A stretch of DNA of 49,323 nucleotides from Kiloniellaceae bacterium (GTDB lineage: Bacteria; Pseudomonadota; Alphaproteobacteria; Kiloniellales; J153). Below are positions 35,368 through 44,057 of the stretch, in pieces. Made by a program: the position numbers and the translations under genes. How positions within the stretch are numbered: the first letter of the stretch is position 1; each line of letters opens with the position of its first letter. Below the pieces are notes generated by a model that saw only the letters and a list, made by a program, of their open reading frames with translations, made no database searches and was not told the DNA's origin. The stretch covers positions 1-49,323 of the forward strand of contig JAJFGI010000423.1 in assembly GCA_021776215.1 (NCBI GenBank), read 5' to 3'.

Positions 35368-37373
35368 AGCGCAAGCACCAACAGCAACGCGACGAGAGCG
35401 ACGAAGACGAGTGTCAGATATCGCCGTATGGTAAGAAACTGCAGCACATTAAGCCAATCGGCCGCGAGTCCGATGAAGCCTTCAATGGGCGCATAGAGCG
35501 TGTCCCACACCAGATCGCGAAGCTGAACCCGCAGGCGTGCCGGTCGGGTATCCCCGGGTGGCGGCATGGAGACTTGCTCGCGGGCGAGAAAGACCTGTGG
35601 CCCGAAGACGCGCCGGATCGGTTGCGCGAAACTGCCGGCCGTGTATTGGGTGGCTGGATTCGGATCCGGGAAACCGCAATCCCAGGCGGGCGCCCGTCGG
35701 ACCTTGCGTGAAGCGAGACGGTGAATGGCTACCGCCGCAAATGTCGCTGAAGAGACGATGAATAGAAACACCAGAAGCCCATTATAGGAACTCCGCGCCT
35801 CGGCAATGGGTACAATGGACAACCAGGGTACCGCTGCCTGCGCCGGCATGCGCGCGCCAACCAGAGCTTGAGTGACCGGCGCCATCGCGTCGATGATGAA
35901 GCCGGGAAATATTCCGGCTAAGAGACACAGAGCCACGAAGGCGAACATTGTCGCCAGCGAGAAACGGTCGACTTCCTGGGCCCTCTCCGCCGCAGGCGAC
36001 CGGCAGCGGCCGAGAAAGGTGATGCCGAAGGCTTTGACAAAACACGCCGCCGCGAGCGCTGCGGATAGCGCCAACATTGCGCCGACAGCGGGCACCAGTA
36101 GCCTCAGACCCCATTGTGGGAGTTCGGGGCTGATCAGGATTGCCTGGAAGGTTAGCCATTCCGAAACGAAACCGTTCAGCGGCGGCAGGGCGGAGATGGC
36201 GACGGAGCCTGCCAGAAAGGCAAAGGCCGTCAAGGGCATGCGATGGATCAGGCCGCCCAATCGTTCCATGTCGCGTTCACCCGTTGCCGTCAGCACGGCG
36301 CCCGCGCCGAAGAACAACAGGCTCTTGAACAGCGCGTGGTTAAAAACATGAAACAGCGCCGCCGTGAGGGCGAGTGCCGCCGCGGCGGCGAGCCCGTTCG
36401 CCTCGAAAGCGAGGGCAAGGCCGAGCCCGATGAAGATGATCCCGATGTTTTCAACCGTGTGATAGGCGAGCAGCCTTTTGAGATCGTGCTGCATTAAGGC
36501 ATAGAGCACGCCCAGAACGGCGGTTGCGCCGCCAAGGGTGAGGACCACCGTGCTCCACCACCAGGCGGGCGGCCCCAAGAGATCGAAGACAATGCGAATG
36601 AAGCCATAGACGGCAACCTTGGTCATGACGCCGCTCATCAGCGCCGAGACGTGGCTCGGTGCCGCCGGGTGGGCCAACGGCAACCAGACATGAAGCGGGA
36701 CAAGTCCTGCTTTCGAGCCCGCGCCTAACAGGATGAGGCCAAGAACAAGTCCTGAAATCCACGGCGCCGGCGTCCCCGCGCGAATCATGGCAAAGCCATA
36801 GTCCCCGCTTGGGCTGGCCAGAAGGCCGAAGGCAAGCAGTAGCGCCAAGGTGCCGAAACTCGCCATGACGAGGTAGATATAGCCGGCGCGCGTATTATCC
36901 TGTTCGCGGTGGTGAGACATGACCAGCGCCCAGGAGCTGAGGGACATGAATTCCCAACTCAGAAGGAAGGTATAGGCATCGTCTGCGAGCACCACCAGAT
37001 TCATGGCGGCGAGAAAAGCCGGAAAGAAAGGTAACACCCGCGCCGGCGCGGTTTCGTGCCGGCCATAACCAAGCCCGTACAGGCTTGCTGCTGCACCGCC
37101 AAGGTTGACGACGACCAGGAACAATGCCGAAAGCATATCCAACCGGAAATTCGCGCCGAGCCACGGCAGCCCAAGCGGCAGCACAAGGGTCGATGCCGAA
37201 GTCGCTTTGCCAATGAGATGGGTGAGCGCGACCGTGAACGCCGTGGCGCAGACAACGAAACTCGCCATATAAACAACCCGCGTGGTCGCGGAAAGCCGTA
37301 TCAAGGCTATCGCCAGGAATCCGATGGCAAGCAAGGCGGCGACGCACCACAACAGCACTAATGCAGCCGACAT
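35358..37373 (-). CDS. HyfB / NuoL-like antiporter-type membrane subunit
   Basis: 671-aa polytopic protein (WEFMSLSSWALV...GSKAGLVPLHVWLPLAHPAAPSHVSALMSGVMTK...RLLAYHTVENIG). Confidence 0.9.
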   Translation of the reverse strand: MSAALVLLWCVAALLAIGFLAIALIRLSATTRVVYMASFVVCATAFTVALTHLIGKATSASTLVLPLGLPWLGANFRLDMLSALFLVVVNLGGAAASLYGLGYGRHETAPARVLPFFPAFLAAMNLVVLADDAYTFLLSWEFMSLSSWALVMSHHREQDNTRAGYIYLVMASFGTLALLLAFGLLASPSGDYGFAMIRAGTPAPWISGLVLGLILLGAGSKAGLVPLHVWLPLAHPAAPSHVSALMSGVMTKVAVYGFIRIVFDLLGPPAWWWSTVVLTLGGATAVLGVLYALMQHDLKRLLAYHTVENIGIIFIGLGLALAFEANGLAAAAALALTAALFHVFNHALFKSLLFFGAGAVLTATGERDMERLGGLIHRMPLTAFAFLAGSVAISALPPLNGFVSEWLTFQAILISPELPQWGLRLLVPAVGAMLALSAALAAACFVKAFGITFLGRCRSPAAERAQEVDRFSLATMFAFVALCLLAGIFPGFIIDAMAPVTQALVGARMPAQAAVPWLSIVPIAEARSSYNGLLVFLFIVSSATFAAVAIHRLASRKVRRAPAWDCGFPDPNPATQYTAGSFAQPIRRVFGPQVFLAREQVSMPPPGDTRPARLRVQLRDLVWDTLYAPIEGFIGLAADWLNVLQFLTIRRYLTLVFVALVALLLVLALWR

Positions 37374-37439
37374 CGCGCCTCGCTCTCCACAGGCCCGAAT
37401 ATGGTTCGATCATTCAAATTGTTCAGTTGCATTCTGTTG

Positions 37440-37685
37440 TCACGCCTTCAGCCGAACGCCCCGCCCACCAGCGTGGCTGGCCGCGCCTTCCGCGATCAAT
37501 TCGATGCCCGCCACGTCAAGTGCTGTGATCAACTTCATAAGCGAATCGACGTTACCCCGAATCATCGATTCGCTGCCCTCCATGCGTTGAATGGTCGGCA
37601 CCGACAGCTCCGACAGCTCCGCGAGCCGACGCTGGTCGATGCCGAGAAGAGCTCTGGCGGCCCTCAACTGTGAGGCTGTTATCAT
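37440..37685 (-). CDS. XRE-family HTH transcriptional regulator (81 aa)
   Basis: MITASQLRAARALLGIDQRRLAELSELSVPTIQRMEG. The gene lies 66 nt upstream of the HyfB-like gene on the same strand. Confidence 0.8.
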   Translation of the reverse strand: MITASQLRAARALLGIDQRRLAELSELSVPTIQRMEGSESMIRGNVDSLMKLITALDVAGIELIAEGAASHAGGRGVRLKA

Positions 37686-37806
37686 AGGCCGACCTTATCA
37701 ACCGTGAAATATGATAAAACAGCGTTGCAATATAACTATAAATGTGGAAAAGTCAATTATTAATGTATAAAACATCATTGTTGATGGGAAACGTCAGGTG
37801 CGTGTC

Positions 37807-37958
37807 ATGGCGGACGAGCGCCTGGACGATATTGAGATCCATTCCGTCTCTACCGGTGCCATACAATTATGAATTGTGCGCAGGCTTGCCCGAAGAACCT
37901 CAATCCGGCAAAAGCCATTGCCAAGATAGAAACCATGATGGTGGAGCGACAGTTCTAA
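37807..37958 (+). pseudogene. sdhB: Succinate dehydrogenase iron-sulfur subunit (SdhB) 3-prime remnant, frameshifted
   Basis: ...ADERLDDIE, then a frameshift, then [40 protein letters not shown]. Only the last ~50 codons are present. Confidence 0.7.
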
Positions 37959-38085
37959 GAGAGGCCGTTTGAAATCCTGTGCTACTCGTTACCAAATGTA
38001 CGGTCGTCGGCGGTTTGAATCACGCCAATGAATTCGCTTAGTCGTTCCAGCAATTTCCAGTGAGGCGAGGCGCTACAAAAAGCTC

Positions 38086-38817
38086 ATGATCACGATAGCG
38101 GCATTCGAGAATGAATTTGGAGAAGTCGAAATCCTGAAAACCAGGGCGACCGGTTCGTATATCTATTTGCAGGGGGGCTGCTATCAAACCGAGATAGACG
38201 GTAACGGTGTGAGTCTAGCTTCGTATGTTCACGCGATCTACGGGTTACTCGCGCAAACCAAAGCCCGTGACGTTTTAATGGTCGGATGCGGAGGTGGCAG
38301 TTTAGGTACGATGCTTGCCAGGGCGGGTGTCCAAGTCACGATCGTTGACAATAATCCGGCGTCGTTCCAAATCGCCCGGGACCATTTTGGCCTTCCCGAA
38401 ACGATTGATTGCCATATTGCCGATGGCAAGGAATTTCTACGTTCCACACGGCACTGTTATGATGCAATTGTGTTGGACGCCTATAAGGGCAATCGCATCC
38501 CGCATCATCTGTGTACGCCGAACTTCTTCCGCCTCGCTCAGTCGCGCCTCGATCAGTCTTGCGGTCGTCTTTTCGCGAATGTCCACGTGCTCCACGATCT
38601 AGACATGACGCCAGATCAATACGCCGCCACCGTAGGAAATGTCTGGAACGACGTGCGGCTCCTCGACATGCGCGGTGTCATCAATCGCAACGCACTTGTA
38701 GTGGCCGGCGACGTCAAAGGTCTTCGGAAACCCGCCCTTCTCGTGCCACCGCTGTCGGATAGCGAAGAAATTGCGATAAACCTTGATCGCATGAATTTCC
38801 GGTCTTGGCGTTTCTAG
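38086..38817 (+). CDS. Spermidine synthase-like class I SAM-dependent methyltransferase-fold protein
   Basis: VLMVGCGGGSLGTMLARAGVQVTIVDNNPASFQIARDHFGLP...ADGKEFL...YDAIVLDAY. Confidence 0.8.
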   Translation: MITIAAFENEFGEVEILKTRATGSYIYLQGGCYQTEIDGNGVSLASYVHAIYGLLAQTKARDVLMVGCGGGSLGTMLARAGVQVTIVDNNPASFQIARDHFGLPETIDCHIADGKEFLRSTRHCYDAIVLDAYKGNRIPHHLCTPNFFRLAQSRLDQSCGRLFANVHVLHDLDMTPDQYAATVGNVWNDVRLLDMRGVINRNALVVAGDVKGLRKPALLVPPLSDSEEIAINLDRMNFRSWRF

Positions 38818-38889
38818 TGCGGAAATTGGCTTTGTGGCATATATGAGAATTCTTCCCGGACAACGGCTCGGGAAAGGGCTCAACGGGTG

Positions 38890-39152
38890 AATCGACAACG
38901 TTCGTGGTGGGTGTCGACCGCATGATCCTGTCGCAGGATCAGCCATCCGACACGCCGAACTTTCTGGACGGAAAGGTGATCGGGGAGGAGTTCGTAGGTG
39001 CAACGGCAACGATCTATGTCGAAACGACGGACGGCAAGGAAATCAAGGCGCAGAAAAGCCATGACGAAGTCGCGCATCTAGACACCAATATCGGAGCGCG
39101 GATCTATGCATCATGGCAGCTGGAAAGCGCGCATATCCTGCCAGGCGAGTAA
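38890..39152 (+). pseudogene. ABC-transporter ATPase C-terminal (TOBE-like) fragment
   Basis: ...PNFLDGKVIGEEFVGATATIYVETTDGKEIKAQKSH...GARIYASWQLESAHILPGE*. No nucleotide-binding domain lies upstream. Confidence 0.55.
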
Positions 39153-39422
39153 AAATCACTAAGCCCTTTGCGACCCACCATGTGTACCTTATCGAAGAGC
39201 TCGCCATGGCAGTGTCAACTAAGGACATGGGGTCATCGCAGGGTGTCGGTCTGTGGAAACTTGGCGGCGGAAGCGGCGTCGATGATCGGCGCGGTTAATT
39301 GAGGAGGTCGAGATGACCACTAGGGAATGCGAGTTGTTTGCCAGGCGGGCAGTGTCAGAGCAAATCGGGTTGAGGTAGGCAGGTATGGTCCGTAGCCTCG
39401 ATGGACGAACAATCCCTTCTGC

Positions 39423-39554
39423 GGCTTTGTCAGGCCAACGCCGATTAGGTTTAAAATATGATTCTAGGCGGTCCACGAACCGTGCAGAAAACTTGCAAAT
39501 ACCCGCAACCATTAGGCGATAGAAAAATGCCGAGAATTTTACGCTGACAGTGCC
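39423..39554. mobile_element. MITE-like element with IS6-type terminal inverted repeats (copy 2), inserted in an IS6 transposase gene
   Basis: Full-length homolog of 21707-21839. The interrupted tnp reading frame ends ...WRWRLDKVSVV at the element boundary. Confidence 0.55.
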
Positions 39555-39810
39555 ACCACGGACACCTTGTCCAGGCGCCAGCGCCATCGGGAATACGAAC
39601 GATGATGAATGCGTCGTTTTTGATCTCCGCGGCCAACATCGGATCAAACCGGTTCCACCAAAACCGAACGGTCTCGTAGCAAATATCGAGGCCCAGTTCG
39701 AGGAGAAGATCCTCGACCTGCCGAAGCGACAGCGGATGACAGAAGTACATCATCACCGTGAGGCGGGTTACCTCGGGTGAATTATTGAAACGGTGGAAGG
39801 GATTACGCAT
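39555..39810 (-). pseudogene. IS6-family transposase N-terminal fragment (frameshifted, truncated)
   Basis: MRNPFHRFNNSPEVTRLTVMMYFCHPLSLRQVEDLLLELGLDICYETVRFWWNRFDPMLAAEIK, then a frameshift to KRRIHHRSYSRWRWRLDKV. Confidence 0.75.
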
Positions 39811-39865
39811 CCGCGGAGGCTGAAGACCACCCTTACCAGCTTCAAGCTCGTTTAGTCTGATACCG

Positions 39866-39899
39866 CCGCTTGGTCCTCAAGTGAGTGAGGACCAAGCGG
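39866..39899. repeat. Perfect 14-bp-stem hairpin at the outer boundary of the IS6 remnant
   Basis: CCGCTTGGTCCTCA-AGTGAG-TGAGGACCAAGCGG. Confidence 0.6.
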
Positions 39900-39996
39900 A
39901 AGTAACGGCTTGCGCAGGGGGCGTGGTGGGGCGAGGACCGGAATCGTGTGTCTGGCCGCTCGCTCCCGAGGGTCAATCTGGAGTTCGGCGTTCCGC

Positions 39997-40458
39997 CTAC
40001 GCGGGATGATGCGCCGGTGTGCTTTCGGCGCGGCTGGTCCGCTCCGGCTGCGACACGATCTTCAGGACTGTAACCCTCTTCGGGCGCCCATCCGGTGCGG
40101 GATAAGTGATCGACTGTCCCTCCGAAAGGCCGATAAGCGCCGCACCGACCGGTGTCAGCACCGAAAGAGCATCATGATAGAAATCCCGGTCGCTGGGATA
40201 CGCCAGCGTGACCACCTGATCGATCTCGCTATCGTCCATGCGAAACGCGACGCGCGAGCGCATCGTCACGATGTCGCCCGGGACATCCTTCTCGTCCACG
40301 ATATGTGCCCGCATCAGCTCTCGCACCAGATACTCAACCGCCCTCCATGACCACGTCGTGGCGTGAAAGCCAAGCAGGTGTTGCAGCCTTCCGAGGTCCC
40401 AGTTCGTGACCTTGATGTCTGGCTGAGTGTAGGTCTGCGACAATTCGCTCGTTTCCAT
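39997..40458 (-). CDS. Rnk-like (GreA/GreB C-terminal domain) regulator, divergent paralog
   Basis: VVTMRSRVAFRMDDSEIDQVVTLAYPSDRD...LSVLTPVGAALIGLSEGQSITYPAPDGRPKRVTVLKIVSQPE. The ATG at 40458 has a GGAGGA site 5 nt upstream. The longest ORF extends to 40551. Confidence 0.8.
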   Translation of the reverse strand: METSELSQTYTQPDIKVTNWDLGRLQHLLGFHATTWSWRAVEYLVRELMRAHIVDEKDVPGDIVTMRSRVAFRMDDSEIDQVVTLAYPSDRDFYHDALSVLTPVGAALIGLSEGQSITYPAPDGRPKRVTVLKIVSQPERTSRAESTPAHHPA

Positions 40459-40566
40459 CTTGTCCTCCGCTCGTGATGCAGTGCATTTAACCTGATTGCG
40501 GCGACAATTCAGGCGCGCAATCGGCCGGTACTTAGATAGCCTAACGGTCACTTCGCCGAATGGGAT

Positions 40567-40989
40567 TCATAGGTCGAACCGCCCATTCGCTTCGGGCTGA
40601 TACAGGATTTCAACCACGGTCAGTTCCTTGGTCTGACCATCACGAGTGATCCATGACAGTGTTTCTCCCTCGATAAGGCCAATGAGTGCCGCGCCCGCCG
40701 GCGTCAGAATCGAAAGATTGCCGATCGAGATATCCTCTTGTCCAGGGTAGACGAGAGTGAACACGCGCGTCTTACCGGTCACTTCGTCGCGAACGGTCAC
40801 GCGGGAGTTCATAGTGACGACATTGGGCGGAATTTTCGCCGGCTCGACGATCAGCGCGCGATCGAGTTCCTGCGCCAGTATGCGGCTGATTTCGATAAAC
40901 GGACCGTCTTGACTCGCGGCAAGCATGGAGAGCCGTTCATTGTCCCGTTCCGTTAGAACAATCGATGCAGTTGTGTGATGCGTGGTCAT
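40567..40989 (-). CDS. rnk: Nucleoside diphosphate kinase regulator Rnk family protein
   Basis: VVTMNSRVTVRDEVTGKTRVFTLVYPGQEDISIGNLSILTPAGAALIGLIEGETLSWITRDGQTKELTVVEILYQPE. Confidence 0.85.
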   Translation of the reverse strand: MTTHHTTASIVLTERDNERLSMLAASQDGPFIEISRILAQELDRALIVEPAKIPPNVVTMNSRVTVRDEVTGKTRVFTLVYPGQEDISIGNLSILTPAGAALIGLIEGETLSWITRDGQTKELTVVEILYQPEANGRFDL

Positions 40990-41060
40990 CGCTCAATTCC
41001 ATTCTTAGGGGTGGCCGGTGAGCCGGCCGTCCAGTCGTTTCACGTTCGACTTCCGCTGGA

Positions 41061-41258
41061 TCAATCGACCCCGCATGTCCATGCCGGCGGATCGCTGGCC
41101 GGGAAGGAGTCGAAGGATGCCTGGTCGACGATATCGCGGGACACTGGCCGCACCGACTTTATTTGCTGAGTTCGTCCTTCGCCTGCGTGCGCAGGGCGCA
41201 CCGCCACCTCATGGGCAGAGATGTGGCTGTGGGGTTCACCATTCCGAGTGGTATTCAT
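41061..41258 (-). CDS. Small hypothetical protein with C-terminal SFPASDPPAW motif
   Basis: 65-aa ORF. The ...DQASFDSFPASDPPAWT tail is a recurring motif of small alphaproteobacterial proteins. Confidence 0.5.
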   Translation of the reverse strand: MNTTRNGEPHSHISAHEVAVRPAHAGEGRTQQIKSVRPVSRDIVDQASFDSFPASDPPAWTCGVD

Positions 41259-41328
41259 GGCAGTCCTCCTCTATCGCTGACCTACCGGCTTGAACATGTG
41301 GCCAGACATAAATGTGCATCGCGGGGTC

Positions 41329-41844
41329 TCAGTGCGTCCAGGGTAGAAGCCGATCGTGACGGAAGTTGTCGGCGTAGCTCTTGGGCTGAACCTTGTGCCG
41401 GCGCGGAACCTCGACCACGTGTCGAAGTTCGCGTCGCTCGGCGAAAGCAACAGCCTCGTCCAAGGTAGTAAAACGCAGCTCAACCTGCTGCAGCGTATCT
41501 CTGGAACTCGTCCAGCCCATCAGGAAGTCGATTTCCGTGCGGTGTTGCGGTTCAAATGTGAGGAGCCAAGTCGACTCCCGGACCTGACCTGATTGCATGG
41601 GTGAACGTCCACGCTGGTATATGCGTGCCGTAGGCGTTCCCGGCGCGTGACGCCGCACGCCTCCAGCCGGAGTAAAACGCGTCCGGCTCACGGTTTCGGG
41701 TTCGCAAAGGGAGCGTTCCCCATTCTCGCGACGGGCGCCCTCGTCGACGATCCCGCGGCGCAATGGGGCCCAATCTTCGACGCGGATCGATTCCGCACGG
41801 TGCTTGGAAAGGGTCAACTGAGAAACAGTGTCGTGGCGCGTCAT
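41329..41844 (-). CDS. ETC complex I subunit conserved region (NDUFS4-like) protein with long N-terminal extension
   Basis: ARIYQRGRSPMQSGQVRESTWLLTFEPQHRTEIDFLMGWTSSRDTLQQVELRFTTLDEAVAFAERREL...PKSYADNF. Family members are usually about 100 aa, so the true start is uncertain. Confidence 0.75.
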   Translation of the reverse strand: MTRHDTVSQLTLSKHRAESIRVEDWAPLRRGIVDEGARRENGERSLCEPETVSRTRFTPAGGVRRHAPGTPTARIYQRGRSPMQSGQVRESTWLLTFEPQHRTEIDFLMGWTSSRDTLQQVELRFTTLDEAVAFAERRELRHVVEVPRRHKVQPKSYADNFRHDRLLPWTH

Positions 41845-41910
41845 AGTAGGTACCTCTTCTGGAACTCGAGAGCCTGCTCCGCCGTCGGTGCTTGCTGACG
41901 GCGCGCCGCC

Positions 41911-42534
41911 TCACATCTCCGCCAACGCTCGAGAGCGCCATTCGGGTGACCGACTTTCATTCGCGGTGCGCTCGCGCGACGCGCGTACGTCCGGCGTCCA
42001 ATCGACATTGATTTTGACGTCGTTCGCGGCGTCAGCTGATGTGTCCGGTGCCGTTGGCCGCGCGTCGGGGACACGGAGCCGATGTCGGGCGGGCACGAGA
42101 ACCTCCTGCATGGCGTCTGAAAGCTGAACCACCGGATGGGTCGCCGAGAGGTCGCGGCCCCGGCTCAACACGGTGTCGACCACATCGCCGAGCCGACCAG
42201 GCTCAATGCCGATATCCCGCAAGAGCCGGTCCCCCAGCCGAGAAAGCTCGCGAATCGCCGCTCGCCACTCTCTCCTGACTCTCAGGCGCGCCAGTTCTCT
42301 CTTTCGCCCGGAAGTTGGCAACGGCGCGACCGGCACGGCACTGTGTGCAGCCGCGCGCGCGTACTCCGCAATCCGGTGGCGGGGGACGCCAATGTCAGCC
42401 AGCAATCGGTCGTCCAACCGATCCAAGGTGGACGCCGTGTGATGCTGCACGATCGCGCGCCGCTGGACCGCGAGGAAATAGCGAATGAGGGACTTCAAAC
42501 GATGGAACCAGGTCATGTCACGTACTCTCATCAA
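41911..42534 (-). CDS. Protein with two DUF1127 repeats
   Basis: Two copies of the DUF1127 signature, LDRLDDRLLADIGVPRHRI and LSRLGDRLLRDIGIEPGRL. An alternative ATG at 42516 follows a GAGAG site. Confidence 0.7.
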   Translation of the reverse strand: MMRVRDMTWFHRLKSLIRYFLAVQRRAIVQHHTASTLDRLDDRLLADIGVPRHRIAEYARAAAHSAVPVAPLPTSGRKRELARLRVRREWRAAIRELSRLGDRLLRDIGIEPGRLGDVVDTVLSRGRDLSATHPVVQLSDAMQEVLVPARHRLRVPDARPTAPDTSADAANDVKINVDWTPDVRASRERTANESRSPEWRSRALAEM

Positions 42535-43151
42535 TCGAACCGGGCCACTTCAATCGGCTGCCGGCCGGGGGTGTCGTCGGTTCTCGAATCCGGCACGCGG
42601 TTCGGCCGCCAGACTTTGGTCGTCATGGACCAATCGGCGACGACGGTCGTCGGCCGTTGCGGCTAACCCAAGCGCACGACGGAACGTGTGACCGCGTTAG
42701 CGGACGTTCACGCCACGTCCCACGGACAGGTCGTCGGAAATGAGATTTCTACTTGGGAGTTTTTGAGATGCCCCGAGCCGGCAGGAAGGCGTTTGCGAAT
42801 CCTATGCCGAACTCGGGGGCGTGCCATCTGCGGGCAGGCACCCCGATCGTCGAAGAGCAGCGAATGTGTGTGCGACGATTGTCATGGTTTCTTGTATATG
42901 TGGTTCTGAAAATGGAAGTCAAGCTTGGCGCACGGCAAGACGATCGACTGACGCGGCCTCAATGGCCGGCGAAGATCACTGAAGAGTCTGGATGTCCTAT
43001 GCCAGCCCGAAGCAAACGGTTTGGATCTTGGCCAAGCCGCCTATCGGTGAGCTACAATTGGACCGAATATGAACCAAAACTGACATTGAAAGGATGGCGG
43101 GTGCTCTGGCTAACACACCCGCGGGGTTCCGCCACGACCCGCCCCATCTCG

Positions 43152-44003
43152 TCACGCACTTACCGAAAGGGCGACCTGGCGAATACTGTCGATGGCGGGG
43201 TTGAGTAAATCCGGATCGGCCTCGATTGGATAGACAATATACGCGGGAAGTGCGAATACCGGAGCATTGCCAAGGGCCGTCAATCGGCCGTCTTCGAGAT
43301 AAGGATGGACGAGTCGGGCCGGGAAATATCCCGAGCCACCGTTCTCGAGAATGTGATGTAGCCCCAGCCAACCGATATTGGCCGTAAGTCCCGGCCCGAT
43401 GTAATCCGGGTAGCCGACGCTGTGCTTGGCATAGAACTCCGGTCCCCAGTCGATGTAGACGTAACCGGGTCCGGGCTCTGGGGCGCCGCGGGGGTCCGTC
43501 GACACTAGGACCAGCCTCTCCTCCAATAGGGTCTCGACCCTGAGGCCGGGCCGGCTTTGCGGGGTGTACATGACCCCGATATCGATCCGGCCTTCGACCA
43601 GGCCCTGCATGAGATCGGCCTCGAACCCGATCTCGGCGCGGACGGCAATATCGGGCGCCCGTTGCTGCATCAATGGGAGCCATCTGAGCAGGAACTGTTC
43701 CCACAATCCGAAACGGCCGCCGATAGTAAGGGCGGCGCGGAAGCCTCTGGGGATTCCAACATCGTGCCGTGCCTGCTCGACAGTGCGAACCAAAGTCGAG
43801 GCGTGCTTCTGGAACTGCTGGCCGGCCGGCGTCAGTGTCGTCCCGGCCTTGTTGCGTACAAACAGCCGGCACCCAAGATGCTCTTCCAGCGAATGAACGC
43901 GCGCGCTCACCGTCGATTGGGTCACATGCAGCCTTTCGGCGGCGCTGATGAAGTTTCCCGCTGCGACCACGGTCAGGAAAGTTCGGGCAAGTTCCGTGTC
44001 CAA
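43152..44003 (-). CDS. LysR-family transcriptional regulator
   Basis: LDTELARTFLTVVAAGNFISAAERLHVTQSTVSARVHSLEEHLGCRLFVRNKAG. A likely TTG start at 44003 follows a GAGG site. The longest ORF (to 44063) would read through an AT-rich promoter-like region. Confidence 0.9.
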   Translation of the reverse strand: MDTELARTFLTVVAAGNFISAAERLHVTQSTVSARVHSLEEHLGCRLFVRNKAGTTLTPAGQQFQKHASTLVRTVEQARHDVGIPRGFRAALTIGGRFGLWEQFLLRWLPLMQQRAPDIAVRAEIGFEADLMQGLVEGRIDIGVMYTPQSRPGLRVETLLEERLVLVSTDPRGAPEPGPGYVYIDWGPEFYAKHSVGYPDYIGPGLTANIGWLGLHHILENGGSGYFPARLVHPYLEDGRLTALGNAPVFALPAYIVYPIEADPDLLNPAIDSIRQVALSVSA

Positions 44004-44040
44004 GGGCCGACCTCGGCTATCTGCTGGCAAATATAGTATT

Positions 44041-44057
44041 GATATAATCGATATAAT
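44041..44057. promoter_or_regulatory. Tandem GATATAAT-C-GATATAAT in the LysR / sodB divergent region
   Basis: A direct repeat of a -10-like octamer sits in an unusually AT-rich 60-nt patch. Confidence 0.3.

Larger units (their letters stand above)
39208..39866. mobile_element. Pile-up of IS6-family ends and a truncated IS6 transposase gene
   Basis: Plus-oriented IRs are GGCAGTGTCAACTAAGG (39208), GGCAGTGTCAGAGCAAATC (39348) and GGCTTTGTCAGGCCAAC (39423). A minus-oriented IR, GGCACTGTCAGCGTAAAA, ends at 39554. A minus-strand tnp N-terminus occupies 39555-39810, with IRL GGTATCAGACTAAACG ending near 39864. Confidence 0.65.

Noticed and set aside
42540-43151. 600-nt region with only a weak 151-aa ORF (42753-43208) between the DUF1127 and LysR genes
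   Set aside because: The translation has no motifs and overlaps the LysR 3-prime end. I found no convincing RNA fold or repeat, so it is left unannotated.
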